From the NCBI GenBank assembly GCA_964616705.1, contig CAZTRP010000015.1, forward strand, positions 1,705 to 65,704: 64,000 nt of DNA. Reading direction: 5' to 3'. This document shows, in pieces, positions 47,305-57,864 of the stretch. Source of the DNA: an uncultured Pseudobdellovibrionaceae bacterium. Lineage in GTDB: Bacteria > Bdellovibrionota > FAC87 > UBA2466. Position numbers and translations under genes: made by a program. The notes beneath the pieces were generated by a model. The model was not told the origin of the DNA and did not search any database. It saw only the letters and a program-made list of their open reading frames with translations. Positions within the stretch are counted from its first letter, which is position 1. Each line of letters starts with the position of its first letter.

Positions 47305-48102
47305 ATGGGAAAACTCCGGACATGGCTTGCCCGAGAGGATTGGATCGCGGCCTGCGAATTCCATCCAGAACAAGAGTCGGATGTATTCACCCGCATCGCA
47401 GATAAAATCAATGAAAACAGCGGGTTGAAGCGAAAGCCTTTCGTATTACTTGACCTTGACTCCACCCTTTACGAAGTCGGCCCCAGGACCCTTCACATTT
47501 TGCGTGAGGCCGCGACGACTCTTGGTACATCCATGCCGGCGCCGGTGCGAACAGCATTGGACCAGCTTTCGGAGCCCAAAACAGGTTACTCAATTGAAGA
47601 CACCTGGGAGAAACTCGGCCTTTGTCTAAAGAGCCCAGAGCTTTCCCCCGCAAGAGACCGGCTGCGATCATTTTGGCGGGAGCGCTTTTTTTCAAATGAG
47701 TACCTAGCGCTTGATATTCCGTACCCTGGAACGCGTGACTTTGCCTGTCAACTCCATGACTTAGGCGCGGAAATTGTCTATCTCACGGGGCGCGATGAAG
47801 CTGGAATGAAGGAAGGAACCTTGCGAAATCTCGCTCGCGACGGCTTTCCAATTGGACCCAATACGCAGCTTCGCATGAAGGCCGATCGCGAAGACGACGA
47901 CGTGGAACACAAGGTGGGTGTCGCCCTGCACTTGCAGAAGCAAGGTGAGGTGGTGGCGTCGTTTGAGAATGAACCACGCAACTTCGTTGCCCTCTTTCAG
48001 GCTCTCCCAAAGTCCATTCATGTTTTCGTCGACACCATTTGCAGCGATAAGCCAGCGCCTGCCGTCCGCGGCGCTTACCGCCTCAAGCGCTTCCGGGCCT
48101 AG
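47305..48102 (+). CDS. HAD-superfamily hydrolase
   Basis: LLDLDSTLYE DxDxT motif I. Later GRDE and D-containing motifs. Confidence 0.55.
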   Translation: MGKLRTWLAREDWIAACEFHPEQESDVFTRIADKINENSGLKRKPFVLLDLDSTLYEVGPRTLHILREAATTLGTSMPAPVRTALDQLSEPKTGYSIEDTWEKLGLCLKSPELSPARDRLRSFWRERFFSNEYLALDIPYPGTRDFACQLHDLGAEIVYLTGRDEAGMKEGTLRNLARDGFPIGPNTQLRMKADREDDDVEHKVGVALHLQKQGEVVASFENEPRNFVALFQALPKSIHVFVDTICSDKPAPAVRGAYRLKRFRA

Positions 48103-48177
48103 CCTTTAGAACCAAATACGGCTTGGAAATCGGGCCCCTAGGAATTACCTTAGAATGCTTGAGGAGCCCTACACCCT

Positions 48178-50931
48178 ATGGAGTTGTTCGACTTTTTCTC
48201 TCGTGCAAATGCGGAATACATTGAGCAGCTGTACCAACAGTACCAGCAGAACCCCGAAGCCGTCGATGAGCGGTGGGCGGTGTTCTTCGCGGGTTTTGAA
48301 GCCGGAAACTCCGGCGGTTCAGTACTGGAAAAGCTGCTTTCATCAAAATCGGGCTCCCCGGCCGAAGGGGTAAACCACTTAGTCCACTCCTACCGAGAGC
48401 TCGGGCATCGCATTGCCAATCTGAATCCTTTGGGCGGGAATAGAGAAGACCATCCACTTCTCGCGCTTTCTGAATTTGGATTTAATGCTACCGAAGACTT
48501 GAACCGCACTGTTGGCAACGGCGGGTTTACTGGCCCCACGGGACCCACTCTGTCGGAACTCTTGAATAGTCTTAAAACTACGTACTGCGGCACGTTTGCC
48601 GTGGAGTACATGGATATTTCCGATAAGGCCCAGCGAGAGTGGCTTCAGGCGCGCATGGAGCCCTGTTTAAATCATCCACCACTTTCTGCCGACCAAAAGA
48701 AGCACTTACTCACCAAGCTTGCTGCCGCAGAGGGATTTGAAACCTTCCTGCATACCAAATACGTCGGAGCCAAACGATTTTCCCTTCAAGGGGCGGAGTC
48801 TGTCATCCCCTTACTCGACGCGCTTGTATCCGAAGCGGGTGAACTCGGTGCCGAAGAAATCCTTATGGGGATGGCTCATCGTGGGCGACTCAACGTTTTG
48901 ACTAATATTTTTGGAAAACCTTACGAACTTGTTTTGCGTGAGTTCGAAGGAACCGCCGTGCTTCCGAATGAGGAAGGCGACGGCGACGTTAAATACCACC
49001 TTGGCTATACAAACCGCATCACTTCTCCTAGCGGAAACCCACTCCAGGTAAGCCTCGTCCCGAATCCGAGTCACCTTGAAGTTGTAGACCCGGTTGTAGT
49101 GGGGATGTGCAAAGCAAAACAAGATGCAAAGCAAGATCTCGATGGAAGCCGGGTTATTCCCATCTTGATACACGGCGAGGCAGCTTTTACTGGGCAAGGG
49201 GTAGTTCCAGAAACGATCAGCCTCTCCGAGCTCGACGCGTACCGCACAGGCGGCACCATCCACCTGATCATCAATAACCAAGTCGGCTTTACCGCAACCG
49301 CGGCGCAAACTCGTTTTACACCGTATCCGACGGACGTCGCCAAGATGATCCAAGCCCCCATCTTCCATGTGAACGGCGATGATCCGGAAGCGGTAGTGCA
49401 CGCAGCCAGACTCGCCATGCAGTTTAGGCAGGCATTTAAGGTGGATGTCTTTATCGACCTTTGGTGTTACCGACGCTACGGACACAATGAAACAGACGAT
49501 CCATCCTTCACTCAGCCAGTGATGTATCGCAAAATCGATAGCCTTAGCTCGGTAAGAACTCTTTACGCAGCTAAACTCATCGAACAAGGCGTTTTGACCC
49601 AAGAAGAGTCAGAAGCAATCAACGCACAATTCAAGGAACTCTTGGAGCAAGCGCAAGTCAGCGCGCGAGGAGAGCGCCGTCCTGGTTCGATCATGGGACA
49701 CCGCGATCTCTGGGAAGGGTTTGAACGAGCCAAAGGTGACTGGTCGGCAGACACACGCGTGGATCGAGAAACCCTATTAAAGATTACCGCCCTAGCGACT
49801 CAAGTGCCCGACGGTTTTTCCGTGAACCGAAAACTTGTGAAGCTCCTTGAAACGCGACGCCAAATGGCGAAGGGCGACAAAAATGCAGATTGGGGCTGTG
49901 CCGAAATGTGGGCTTTTGGAAGCCTACTCCAGGAAGGCATTCCCGTACGGCTGATGGGGCAGGATTGTGAACGCGGGACTTTTAGTCACCGCCACGCGGT
50001 TCTTCACGATTCAGAAAACGGGGAAGAATGCACCCCACTCGCGCAGTTTCCTGCTCGCTTTCAAGTTAAGAACTCGATGCTTTCAGAATTGGCGGTTCTC
50101 GGATTTGAATATGGCTACAGCCTTGCAGATCCTCGAAACCTCGTCATTTGGGAAGCTCAGTTCGGAGACTTCGTGAATGGCGCGCAAGCGGTTTTGGATC
50201 AGTTTTTGGTGAGTGGCGAATCGAAATGGGATCGAATGAGCGGCTTAGTGCTACTTCTGCCCCATGGCTACGAGGGTCAAGGCCCGGAGCACTCAAGCGC
50301 CCGGCTTGAGCGATTCTTACAAAGCTGCGCCGAGAATAATATTCAGGTTTGTTACCCTTCAGTTCCGTCGCAATACTTTCACTTGCTTCGCAGGCAGATG
50401 CATCGAAAGTTCCGCAAGCCTCTTGTACTCATGATGCCCAAGAGCATGTTGCGCGATGAACGTTCAAGTTCAAGTCTAGAAGACTTCTCGGACTCTGGAC
50501 TCCAGCTCGTCATCGACGACAAAAAGGCAGATCCAGCACAGATTCAGCGAGTTCTATTTTGCACTGGGAAAGTCTATTTCGGCCTAGCGGCAGCAAAAGA
50601 GGAAACCGGCGCTCAGAACATTGCGATTGTGCGAGTGGAGCAACTTTATCCATTCCCGAAATCGGAACTAGAAAAAGTGATAGCGAAATACCCAAGTGCC
50701 ACCGAGTTTTTCTGGGTTCAGGAAGAACCCATGAATATGGGCTCCTGGTCGTTTATAGCCCCTCTTCTGGGAACAATCCTTCCGGGCGGGGCTAAGCTTG
50801 AGTACCGAGGCAGAACGCCAGCGGCAAGCCCGGCCCATGGTTTTTACAAAGTTCACTTACAAGAAGAGCAAGAATTCATCAAAAGCGCACTCGCCTCGAA
50901 GAGTGACGCAAAGGAGCGACATGGCAACTAA
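48178..50931 (+). CDS. sucA: 2-oxoglutarate dehydrogenase E1 component
   Basis: 917 aa with the characteristic N-terminal FLSGANAAYIEQLY-like region, ThDP-binding core, and C-terminal motifs of OGDH E1. Confidence 0.9.
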   Translation: MELFDFFSRANAEYIEQLYQQYQQNPEAVDERWAVFFAGFEAGNSGGSVLEKLLSSKSGSPAEGVNHLVHSYRELGHRIANLNPLGGNREDHPLLALSEFGFNATEDLNRTVGNGGFTGPTGPTLSELLNSLKTTYCGTFAVEYMDISDKAQREWLQARMEPCLNHPPLSADQKKHLLTKLAAAEGFETFLHTKYVGAKRFSLQGAESVIPLLDALVSEAGELGAEEILMGMAHRGRLNVLTNIFGKPYELVLREFEGTAVLPNEEGDGDVKYHLGYTNRITSPSGNPLQVSLVPNPSHLEVVDPVVVGMCKAKQDAKQDLDGSRVIPILIHGEAAFTGQGVVPETISLSELDAYRTGGTIHLIINNQVGFTATAAQTRFTPYPTDVAKMIQAPIFHVNGDDPEAVVHAARLAMQFRQAFKVDVFIDLWCYRRYGHNETDDPSFTQPVMYRKIDSLSSVRTLYAAKLIEQGVLTQEESEAINAQFKELLEQAQVSARGERRPGSIMGHRDLWEGFERAKGDWSADTRVDRETLLKITALATQVPDGFSVNRKLVKLLETRRQMAKGDKNADWGCAEMWAFGSLLQEGIPVRLMGQDCERGTFSHRHAVLHDSENGEECTPLAQFPARFQVKNSMLSELAVLGFEYGYSLADPRNLVIWEAQFGDFVNGAQAVLDQFLVSGESKWDRMSGLVLLLPHGYEGQGPEHSSARLERFLQSCAENNIQVCYPSVPSQYFHLLRRQMHRKFRKPLVLMMPKSMLRDERSSSSLEDFSDSGLQLVIDDKKADPAQIQRVLFCTGKVYFGLAAAKEETGAQNIAIVRVEQLYPFPKSELEKVIAKYPSATEFFWVQEEPMNMGSWSFIAPLLGTILPGGAKLEYRGRTPAASPAHGFYKVHLQEEQEFIKSALASKSDAKERHGN

Positions 50932-52162
50932 GGTCACTATCCCAACCCTGGGCGAATCTGTTTCTGAAGCGGTTTTGATTCGCTGGATTAAACAAGATGG
51001 TGAATCGGTCGCTATCGATGATCCCCTTTGCGAACTAGAAACCGACAAAGCCAATGTCGATCTCCCCTCACCAGCTGCGGGTGTAGTACGGCACAAGGTG
51101 GCACAAGGTACCACTGTTAAAATCGGCGACACGGTAGCAGAAGTGGAGGCCGGAACTGGCACAGTAGCTTCGCCCGTACCCGCTGCTAAAGCGGCCCCTG
51201 TGGCCCAACCTCCCGCGGAAGCAACGATCGCCGCCGAATCTACGCGCGCACCCGTCGACATGGAAGACCTCGCGCCCTCAGTGCGTCGTCTTGCAAAGGA
51301 ACATGGAATTAGTCCTGAAGCACTGCATGGCAGCGGGCCTCGGGGACGTATCGTTAAGGAAGATGTACTCGCAGCAGTAGGAAAAAAACCTGCGGCTCCG
51401 ACTTCCGGGTTTTCGACCCCTGCCACTCCGGCAGTTCCTGCGAGCGCAAAAACTCCTACTGCCGACGGCGTTCGCCGCGAACCCATGACAAAGATTAGGA
51501 AGAAAATCGCGGAGCGGTTGGTTCAGGCACAACATACCGCTGCTATGTTGACGACATTCAATGAAGTCGACATGTCGGAAGTTTTGGGCCTTCGTGAGCG
51601 TTACAAGGAACAATTTCAAAAGACGTATGGTGTTTCGCTTGGCTTGATGTCCTTCTTTGCCCGAGCAGTAGCGCTCGCATTGAAAGAGTTTCCAGTAGTA
51701 AATGCTTTCATCGAAGGCGATGAAATTATCTTCCACGAACACGTAAATCTGGGAATTGCTGTCAGCACAGAAAGAGGCTTGGTAGTCCCTGTTCTACGCA
51801 AGTGCGAAGACATGTCGTTTAGTAGGATTGAATCCGAAATCAAGCGCATGGCAGTGGCCGCACGCGAAGGAAAACTGAGTCTTAATGAGCTGGGCGGAGG
51901 AACGTTTACCATTACAAACGGTGGCGTGTTTGGATCGCTCCTATCCACTCCGATACTGAATACCCCTCAGAGCGGGATCTTGGGGATGCATGCCACGCAA
52001 AAACGTGCAGTAGTCGTAAACGATAAGATCGAAATCAGACCAATGATGTACTTGGCGCTTTCCTACGACCACCGACTTGTCGATGGTAAGGATTCGGTGT
52101 CTTTCTTGGTACGCGTGAAGAACTTGCTCGAAGATCCACACCGCCTAATGCTGGCGGTGTAG
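50921..52162 (+). CDS. sucB: Dihydrolipoyllysine-residue succinyltransferase (OGDH E2)
   Basis: Lipoyl domain (…[12 protein letters not shown]…), Ala/Pro linker, E3-binding domain, and catalytic domain with a DHRLVDG active site. Start moved to [13 protein letters not shown], overlapping sucA by 11 bp. Confidence 0.9.
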   Translation: MATKVTIPTLGESVSEAVLIRWIKQDGESVAIDDPLCELETDKANVDLPSPAAGVVRHKVAQGTTVKIGDTVAEVEAGTGTVASPVPAAKAAPVAQPPAEATIAAESTRAPVDMEDLAPSVRRLAKEHGISPEALHGSGPRGRIVKEDVLAAVGKKPAAPTSGFSTPATPAVPASAKTPTADGVRREPMTKIRKKIAERLVQAQHTAAMLTTFNEVDMSEVLGLRERYKEQFQKTYGVSLGLMSFFARAVALALKEFPVVNAFIEGDEIIFHEHVNLGIAVSTERGLVVPVLRKCEDMSFSRIESEIKRMAVAAREGKLSLNELGGGTFTITNGGVFGSLLSTPILNTPQSGILGMHATQKRAVVVNDKIEIRPMMYLALSYDHRLVDGKDSVSFLVRVKNLLEDPHRLMLAV

Positions 52163-52174
52163 TCTTTGAGGTTA

Positions 52175-54634
52175 TCACCAGCCAATGACCTGGCTTGGGA
52201 AATACACATTTGAAAGAGTGTTATTGCCGACCTGTCCCCAGTTGTTGCGGCCCCAGCAGTACAAGACAGATTGCTTCATAGCGCATGAGCTATCCTGTCC
52301 TTCCTTGGATACCAGCTCGACGTTTGCGTTCATTCCGTAAACTAAGACCGGTACGTTGCTGCCAATTGTGTTTCCAATTCCTAACTGGCCATCTGAGTTA
52401 TTACCCCAGCAATACAGAGCACCGGATTTGACAGCGCAGGTGTGGTCCGTACCACCGCCGATTGCTGTAACCCCGATATCCATTCCCAAAGGCACAACAG
52501 GCACCATTCGGTTTGCGACAGAACCATCACCCAAAACACCTTGAGCACCCTGACCCCAGCACTTCATCGTGGTGTTCTGCAAAGCGCACGTGCGATAAGA
52601 CAGAGCAGCAACCGCGCTCACGCCTCCACTAAACGCTGGAATCGCGTAGGGTGCATTTCGATTTTGCGTGCTTCCATCTCCAACTTGCCCTTGGGCGTTG
52701 TATCCCCAGCACTTCAACCCGCCATATTGAACCGCGCAGGTCGTACTTCGACTTGTTACAGTTTGGTTTGAAATCGATACGGAACTGACGCCCGACTCCA
52801 ATCCAAAAATCGGCACGGGTGTGAGCGCTGTCCCAGTCGACCCGTCTCCCACCTGCCCGTACGCATTAAAGCCCCAACATTTCAGCCCACCGTTCTGGAT
52901 TGCGCAGGTGGTATAACCGCCAGCCGCTACCGAAGTAACGCCTGAACTCATACCGACGACTGCTACAGGACTCAGGCGCAAGGCAGCAGTACCATCGCCG
53001 AGATTTCCGTAAGGGTTGTAGCCCCAACAAAAGAGTCCACCGTTTTTAATTGCACACCCATGAAGCAAGCCCGCTGCGACGGAAGTAACACCGGTGTCCA
53101 TGCCAACCACTCGGGTGGGAACGCTCTTCGTTGCAACAGTGCCGTTACCCAACCCACCCAGCGTATTCTGACCCCAACAATAAGCGGCTCCGGCTCGTAC
53201 CGCACACTGAAATGACTCACCTGAAGCAACTATGTCGTAGCTGCCGGAGGAAATCCCTGTAAACGTCATCGATGAGAGGTAATTTGCGCCGTAGCTATCT
53301 TGGAAAGTTAAATTGAAACTCGCATTATAGACGCCCGCGACTGAGGGATTGAAAACAAAACCAAGAGAGCAGGAAGATCCTGCCGAAAGAGAAAGCTGCT
53401 GGGTTGAGTACCAGGGACAGGTATCTGACTGAACTTTAAAAACGGCATTTGAAACTTGAACCGAAATCAGGCGCGCTTGCCCAGGCCCCAAGTTATTGAT
53501 TACCACTGGAATAACCGATGAAGTGGTTCCAGGAGGAACTGTTCCAAAGTTCAGTCCCGTGCTTGACGATGAAATTGAAACCGCTGCACCGACCTGCGCG
53601 GTTCCTTGCAAAGAAACTACGGCAGTCCGTGAAGACTGCGAGGTAGTAGAATACGCAATCGATAGGCTTGCGCTTCTTAGTCCGGTCGAGCCGGCAGAAG
53701 CGTCAAACTTCACCGTAACCGTACATGAGTCACCGCCGGCTAGAGTTCCAGCGCAAGCATCGGTGAGAATAGTAAAGTCAGAAGCACCTACAATGGTGGC
53801 CGCTTGAAGTGACATGCTAAGTGACCCGGAGTTGGTTGCTACGATACTACGTGTCACTGGGCTTGATGAAGAAACGGAAGTACCGAACTGCACCATCGTA
53901 CCGGGGAAACTCAGGACACCTTCGTTGCCCACTTGAGCTACGGCGTTACAAGTTGCTACACGAGCTGAGTTAGCAGCATCCTGAATATCGAAGGCAAAAA
54001 CGTGCTGCCCTTGAGCAGACAAACTAATTTGTAGATTCACGCCCGAAGCAACCGCGCTAGGAACCGGAGTAGAAGAGCTAAGAGTCGCGCCTCCACCTGA
54101 CATATAGCGATAGGCAGTTACCCTAAATGTGGACGCTCCAGAAGCCGAAATGGCCACGTTTGCCGTAACGGTCGGCGAGGCAGAACTTATCGCAAGCGAC
54201 GAAGGCGTAATGGCCGTGGCACAGCTAATCGCCCCTGCCCCTGCATTGACTACGTTGAACTGCACCATCGCCGTCGAAACGCGTGTGGGGAAGTTCACAT
54301 CCTGAACTTGAACCGTCTCAATCACAGATTGGGCCGAGCTATAGGTGTGCGAGTAGTACAAAGGTGAAGCCTGGGAGAAAGTAGTGCCTTGAGCCGAGAA
54401 GGTGTACTGACCCGAGCAACCAGAAGCTTCCAAACGAAAAAATACTTCCTGACCAACTACGGCATCGGCCGAGCTCACCCGAGCAAGGCTCACGGACAGC
54501 GGACTCGCACAAGTCGGATTCACAGTGCTATTAGAAGTCGTGCTTAAGCTAGACCGACGAACCGCGCAGGATGAAAGTAGTCCCATTGCAAGAAGTGCAA
54601 ATCCGGCTAAACGAAAAGTTTTGGAAGGCAGCAT
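52175..54634 (-). CDS. Secreted RCC1-repeat (alpha-tubulin-suppressor-like) protein with N-terminal Ig-like/Ser-Thr-rich region
   Basis: Signal peptide. The C-terminal half has seven or more GxGxxGQLGDG-type repeats (CWGxNxxGQVGDGS...). The N-terminal half is Ser/Thr/Ala-rich and beta-like. Confidence 0.75.
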   Translation of the reverse strand: MLPSKTFRLAGFALLAMGLLSSCAVRRSSLSTTSNSTVNPTCASPLSVSLARVSSADAVVGQEVFFRLEASGCSGQYTFSAQGTTFSQASPLYYSHTYSSAQSVIETVQVQDVNFPTRVSTAMVQFNVVNAGAGAISCATAITPSSLAISSASPTVTANVAISASGASTFRVTAYRYMSGGGATLSSSTPVPSAVASGVNLQISLSAQGQHVFAFDIQDAANSARVATCNAVAQVGNEGVLSFPGTMVQFGTSVSSSSPVTRSIVATNSGSLSMSLQAATIVGASDFTILTDACAGTLAGGDSCTVTVKFDASAGSTGLRSASLSIAYSTTSQSSRTAVVSLQGTAQVGAAVSISSSSTGLNFGTVPPGTTSSVIPVVINNLGPGQARLISVQVSNAVFKVQSDTCPWYSTQQLSLSAGSSCSLGFVFNPSVAGVYNASFNLTFQDSYGANYLSSMTFTGISSGSYDIVASGESFQCAVRAGAAYCWGQNTLGGLGNGTVATKSVPTRVVGMDTGVTSVAAGLLHGCAIKNGGLFCWGYNPYGNLGDGTAALRLSPVAVVGMSSGVTSVAAGGYTTCAIQNGGLKCWGFNAYGQVGDGSTGTALTPVPIFGLESGVSSVSISNQTVTSRSTTCAVQYGGLKCWGYNAQGQVGDGSTQNRNAPYAIPAFSGGVSAVAALSYRTCALQNTTMKCWGQGAQGVLGDGSVANRMVPVVPLGMDIGVTAIGGGTDHTCAVKSGALYCWGNNSDGQLGIGNTIGSNVPVLVYGMNANVELVSKEGQDSSCAMKQSVLYCWGRNNWGQVGNNTLSNVYFPSQVIGW

Positions 54635-54898
54635 GAAGAATCCCCCAAGGAAAAACCTGTATGCCCCCTAAGCGTGCAATCGCCAGACCAAGAACGCCAA
54701 CCTTACGACAACCGTCAAATTTGAGTTCGTTCGTACAAGAAACAGACAAATCCAGAAGGACGGCTGAAAAAGAAATGCAATAAAGAGGGTTTACCACGCC
54801 TTTTGGTTGGACAGCAGGCGGCAAGTTCCAAACCAGCCGCGAAAACCAAGTAATACTGAGTACCTAAGAAGTACTGCTCGCCTGGTGGTGCCTACCTT

Positions 54899-55816
54899 TT
54901 AGTCACACGGAAAGCAGCCCGTCTCGAAATAAGCCGCGAGAATTCTATCTTTGCGAACGAAGCGGTCTTTCAACCACTGGGCCTGATCAGGCTCGCTGCT
55001 GGGGAGGCTAGTTAGTGGAAAGCGCCTAACATCTATAAAGATCCTACGAACATAACCGCCATAAATCTGGCCGAGCTTCGGAATTCCACCATCAAATGCG
55101 ATCGTTATGTCGTACACAGCATCAAGATGCCCTTGCAAACCCTCGAGTGCTGCAGTGAATCCCCTCGTTTTGGGGATCATCACATGATTCAGAACCGGCA
55201 ATCCTTTTCGTCCACAGTGCATTTGACTGTTCTGAAGCTTTTTAGAGGTAATACGCGTTCCCTCTACAAACGTAATAAGCCAAATGGGAATCTTGTTTTG
55301 TAGAAATTTTTCAAAAGTTGCCCGAATTCGATGCTTATCGGATAGCCAATCCCTCTTAACAAACAAGCAATCTAGGAACTGCATTCCCCAACCGATTCCC
55401 GGAACATACTTAAGGGCGTCTTTTACAAACCACTTCATATCCCCCAGGCGACCCTTTCGAGAGGCAACCATCATGATCGCTAGGATATCGGCCATTTGTT
55501 GGTGGTTCGCAAACACTAGTGCATTTTCATTTTCCGGCAGAACGTCCCCGGATATCACGGGCTGAACACCACACACTCGCTCGGCTCCGATTACACAAGA
55601 CTCCCACCACGCCTCAGCGAGACTGCGATTCACCGCACGAAACAGCCTTCGAGAAAATGGCAAAAGGACCAACGAAAGCACTTGCACTGCGTTAATGGCG
55701 AGCACAGAACCCAGGTAAAAAACCAGCGCAACAGCCCTTAAAAGGAAAGCCCTGACAGCCTGACCAAAGGTGGGATGAAAAACGAGAGTCTGCTGGCCCT
55801 TTACTAGTTTCGACAT
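54899..55816 (-). CDS. 1-acyl-sn-glycerol-3-phosphate acyltransferase-like (lysophospholipid acyltransferase)
   Basis: NHQQMADI (HxxxxD) acyltransferase motif. N-terminal TM segments. Confidence 0.65.
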   Translation of the reverse strand: MSKLVKGQQTLVFHPTFGQAVRAFLLRAVALVFYLGSVLAINAVQVLSLVLLPFSRRLFRAVNRSLAEAWWESCVIGAERVCGVQPVISGDVLPENENALVFANHQQMADILAIMMVASRKGRLGDMKWFVKDALKYVPGIGWGMQFLDCLFVKRDWLSDKHRIRATFEKFLQNKIPIWLITFVEGTRITSKKLQNSQMHCGRKGLPVLNHVMIPKTRGFTAALEGLQGHLDAVYDITIAFDGGIPKLGQIYGGYVRRIFIDVRRFPLTSLPSSEPDQAQWLKDRFVRKDRILAAYFETGCFPCD

Positions 55817-55876
55817 GCAACTAATCCGTAGCAGACTTGGCTTTATATAGGCAACGTCCTATAATTTAAGAATAAC

Positions 55877-56572
55877 ATGATCACAAATCGCCTTTGGAGT
55901 TTACGAAATTCCGTCGACTTCGTATTGCGCCAATATTTCCCGTGGTCGTTAAACACTGCTGTCATTGGCCCCACCGCACAAGACGTAAAAGCAGCACAAG
56001 AAGTTGAAACCTTTCTTGAGTTGTTCACCTGGCCCGACGCAAAAACCCCCCGAGAAACGATTCGCATCGTAGATGTGGGCTGCAGAAATTTCTACCTAGC
56101 ACCCATTTTGGACAGAATGTTTCGAAACCGTGGCTACTGCCCACGGATAGATGGCGTCGAACTAGATGCTTACCGACGACTTCGAAATTTGCGAACGCGC
56201 AAAGCTTATGGCGATTATTTTGCCTCAAGCGTTCCCCAAGCTAAATTCCATGCCTGCAACTTTTTGGATTGGAAAGAGGAGGCCGAGCTTATTTTCCTCC
56301 TGAATCCCTTTGTATTAGAGCGATCGCTCTTAGCATGGGGACTTCCACTAAAGTACTTGCAGCCCAAACAGATTGTTGAACATTGCGTCCGCAGACTCAC
56401 CGCGGGGGGCAGGTTGCTACTGAGCACTCCTTCCGTAAAAGAAATGTCAGTGGTATCCGAAATTGTAGAGTCATTCGGAATGGAACGACTTCAGGCGGGC
56501 AATTGGAAGGCTTCCTCTAAAACCACCCAAAAACAATCGAGATTCGGCGCGCTGTTTCGCAAGCCAGTGTAG
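55877..56572 (+). CDS. Putative class I SAM-dependent methyltransferase
   Basis: IRIVDVGCRNFY (motif I-like), GVELDA (motif II-like), and LIFLLNPF and GGRLLLSTP motifs. Weak. Confidence 0.4.
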   Translation: MITNRLWSLRNSVDFVLRQYFPWSLNTAVIGPTAQDVKAAQEVETFLELFTWPDAKTPRETIRIVDVGCRNFYLAPILDRMFRNRGYCPRIDGVELDAYRRLRNLRTRKAYGDYFASSVPQAKFHACNFLDWKEEAELIFLLNPFVLERSLLAWGLPLKYLQPKQIVEHCVRRLTAGGRLLLSTPSVKEMSVVSEIVESFGMERLQAGNWKASSKTTQKQSRFGALFRKPV

Positions 56573-56580
56573 CTCAAAAA

Positions 56581-57864
56581 TTAGCCCCAGTTACCATTCT
56601 CGACAATCAAGAGCACCAAGCAAAGCACGCTCAATAGCCCGAGAGTTGGAGAAATTTCCCGTCGCCTCCCAACCATCACGTAAAGCACCGTGTGGGCAAC
56701 AATTCCCCACAAAATCCCCTGGGTAATAGAGAAAGTAAGCGGTATGAGAATCAATGTAAGAAAAGAAGGAACTAGGTCTTCCAATTTTTCCAATTTGAGC
56801 TCTAAGACGGTTCTAAACATCTGAGCACCAACCAAAATCAAAGCAGGTGCCGTCGCATACACCGGCACCATCCCAGCAACCGGGGCAAAGAAAAAACAAG
56901 GCAAGAAACACAAAGCGGCAAATACAGCTGTAAGCCCTGTACGCCCACCCGCCTCTATTCCGGCAGCGCTTTCGATAAAGGCCGTACCTGACGAAGTGCC
57001 CGCCAAGCCCGCCGTGAGCGTTGCAATCGCGTCGACGACAAGGCCTTCCTTAAGTCGGACTGGCTCGCCCTTTCGATCCACCAAACCGGTGGCCGTTGAT
57101 ACTCCCACAAACGTCGACAGTGAATCGAATAGATCGGTAAACATAACGGCCAAAATCGCCGGAACAAAAGCCAGCTTCAGCGATCCAAAAAAATCTAGGC
57201 GCAAAAACACCGATTGAAAATCGGGCAACTCAAGCCACTTCTCTGGAGCTTCAATCCAACCAAACGCCGCCGCCGCAAGGGTAACGACGGCGATGGAAAT
57301 TAGGAAAGAGAGTGGATTCCTCTTACGAACCATCACCACCATGATGAATAGGCCCGCGAGACTCAAGAGGGCTTTTCCATCGAGCTTTGCTAGCCGAACC
57401 AGCGTGTTGGGATCAGAAGCAACCAAACCAGCATTTTTAAATCCGATGAATGTAAGAAAAATCCCAATCCCCGCTGCAGACGCGAGTCGTAGGTTGGGCG
57501 GAATGGCTCTCGCAATATTGACCCGTAAGGGCGTAGCTGAAACCAAAAGAAAAAGTACCCCCGCCCAAAACACCATCCCAAGAGCAATCGGCCAGGGAAT
57601 CTGACGTCCGGCCACCAGACTTAGAGCGAAAAAGGCGTTGACCCCCATTCCGGGTGCTACCGCAAAAGGGAGTTTTGCGTACAACCCCATGAGCAAAGTC
57701 ATGGAAAAACTCAGCAACACCGTCGCCGTAAGCACCCCAGAAAACGGCATCCCCGTTCCGGTCGATAAAATGGCGGGATTCACCACCACAATGTAGGACA
57801 TTGTTAAGAACGTAGTAAAACCCGCTATGGCTTCCTGCTTCCAATTTACTTTCTTCGTACTCAC
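56581..57864 (-). CDS. NCS2-family purine permease (AzgA-like adenine/guanine/hypoxanthine transporter)
   Basis: FLTMSYIVVVNPAIL N-terminal motif. 12 or more TM segments. Confidence 0.8.
   Translation of the reverse strand: MSTKKVNWKQEAIAGFTTFLTMSYIVVVNPAILSTGTGMPFSGVLTATVLLSFSMTLLMGLYAKLPFAVAPGMGVNAFFALSLVAGRQIPWPIALGMVFWAGVLFLLVSATPLRVNIARAIPPNLRLASAAGIGIFLTFIGFKNAGLVASDPNTLVRLAKLDGKALLSLAGLFIMVVMVRKRNPLSFLISIAVVTLAAAAFGWIEAPEKWLELPDFQSVFLRLDFFGSLKLAFVPAILAVMFTDLFDSLSTFVGVSTATGLVDRKGEPVRLKEGLVVDAIATLTAGLAGTSSGTAFIESAAGIEAGGRTGLTAVFAALCFLPCFFFAPVAGMVPVYATAPALILVGAQMFRTVLELKLEKLEDLVPSFLTLILIPLTFSITQGILWGIVAHTVLYVMVGRRREISPTLGLLSVLCLVLLIVENGNWG

Noticed and set aside
48811-49602. 263-aa minus-strand ORF inside sucA
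   Set aside because: Antisense to the E1 gene, with no motifs.
50857-51948. Minus-strand ORFs (209 aa, 154 aa, 110 aa) inside sucB
   Set aside because: GC/Ala-Pro-rich linker region of E2 generates long antisense open frames. Not independent genes.
52180-52200. Possible rho-independent terminator after sucB (AGCCA-atgacc-TGGCT)
   Set aside because: Stem of only 5 bp with no following T-run. It lies inside the 3' end of the convergent RCC1 gene.
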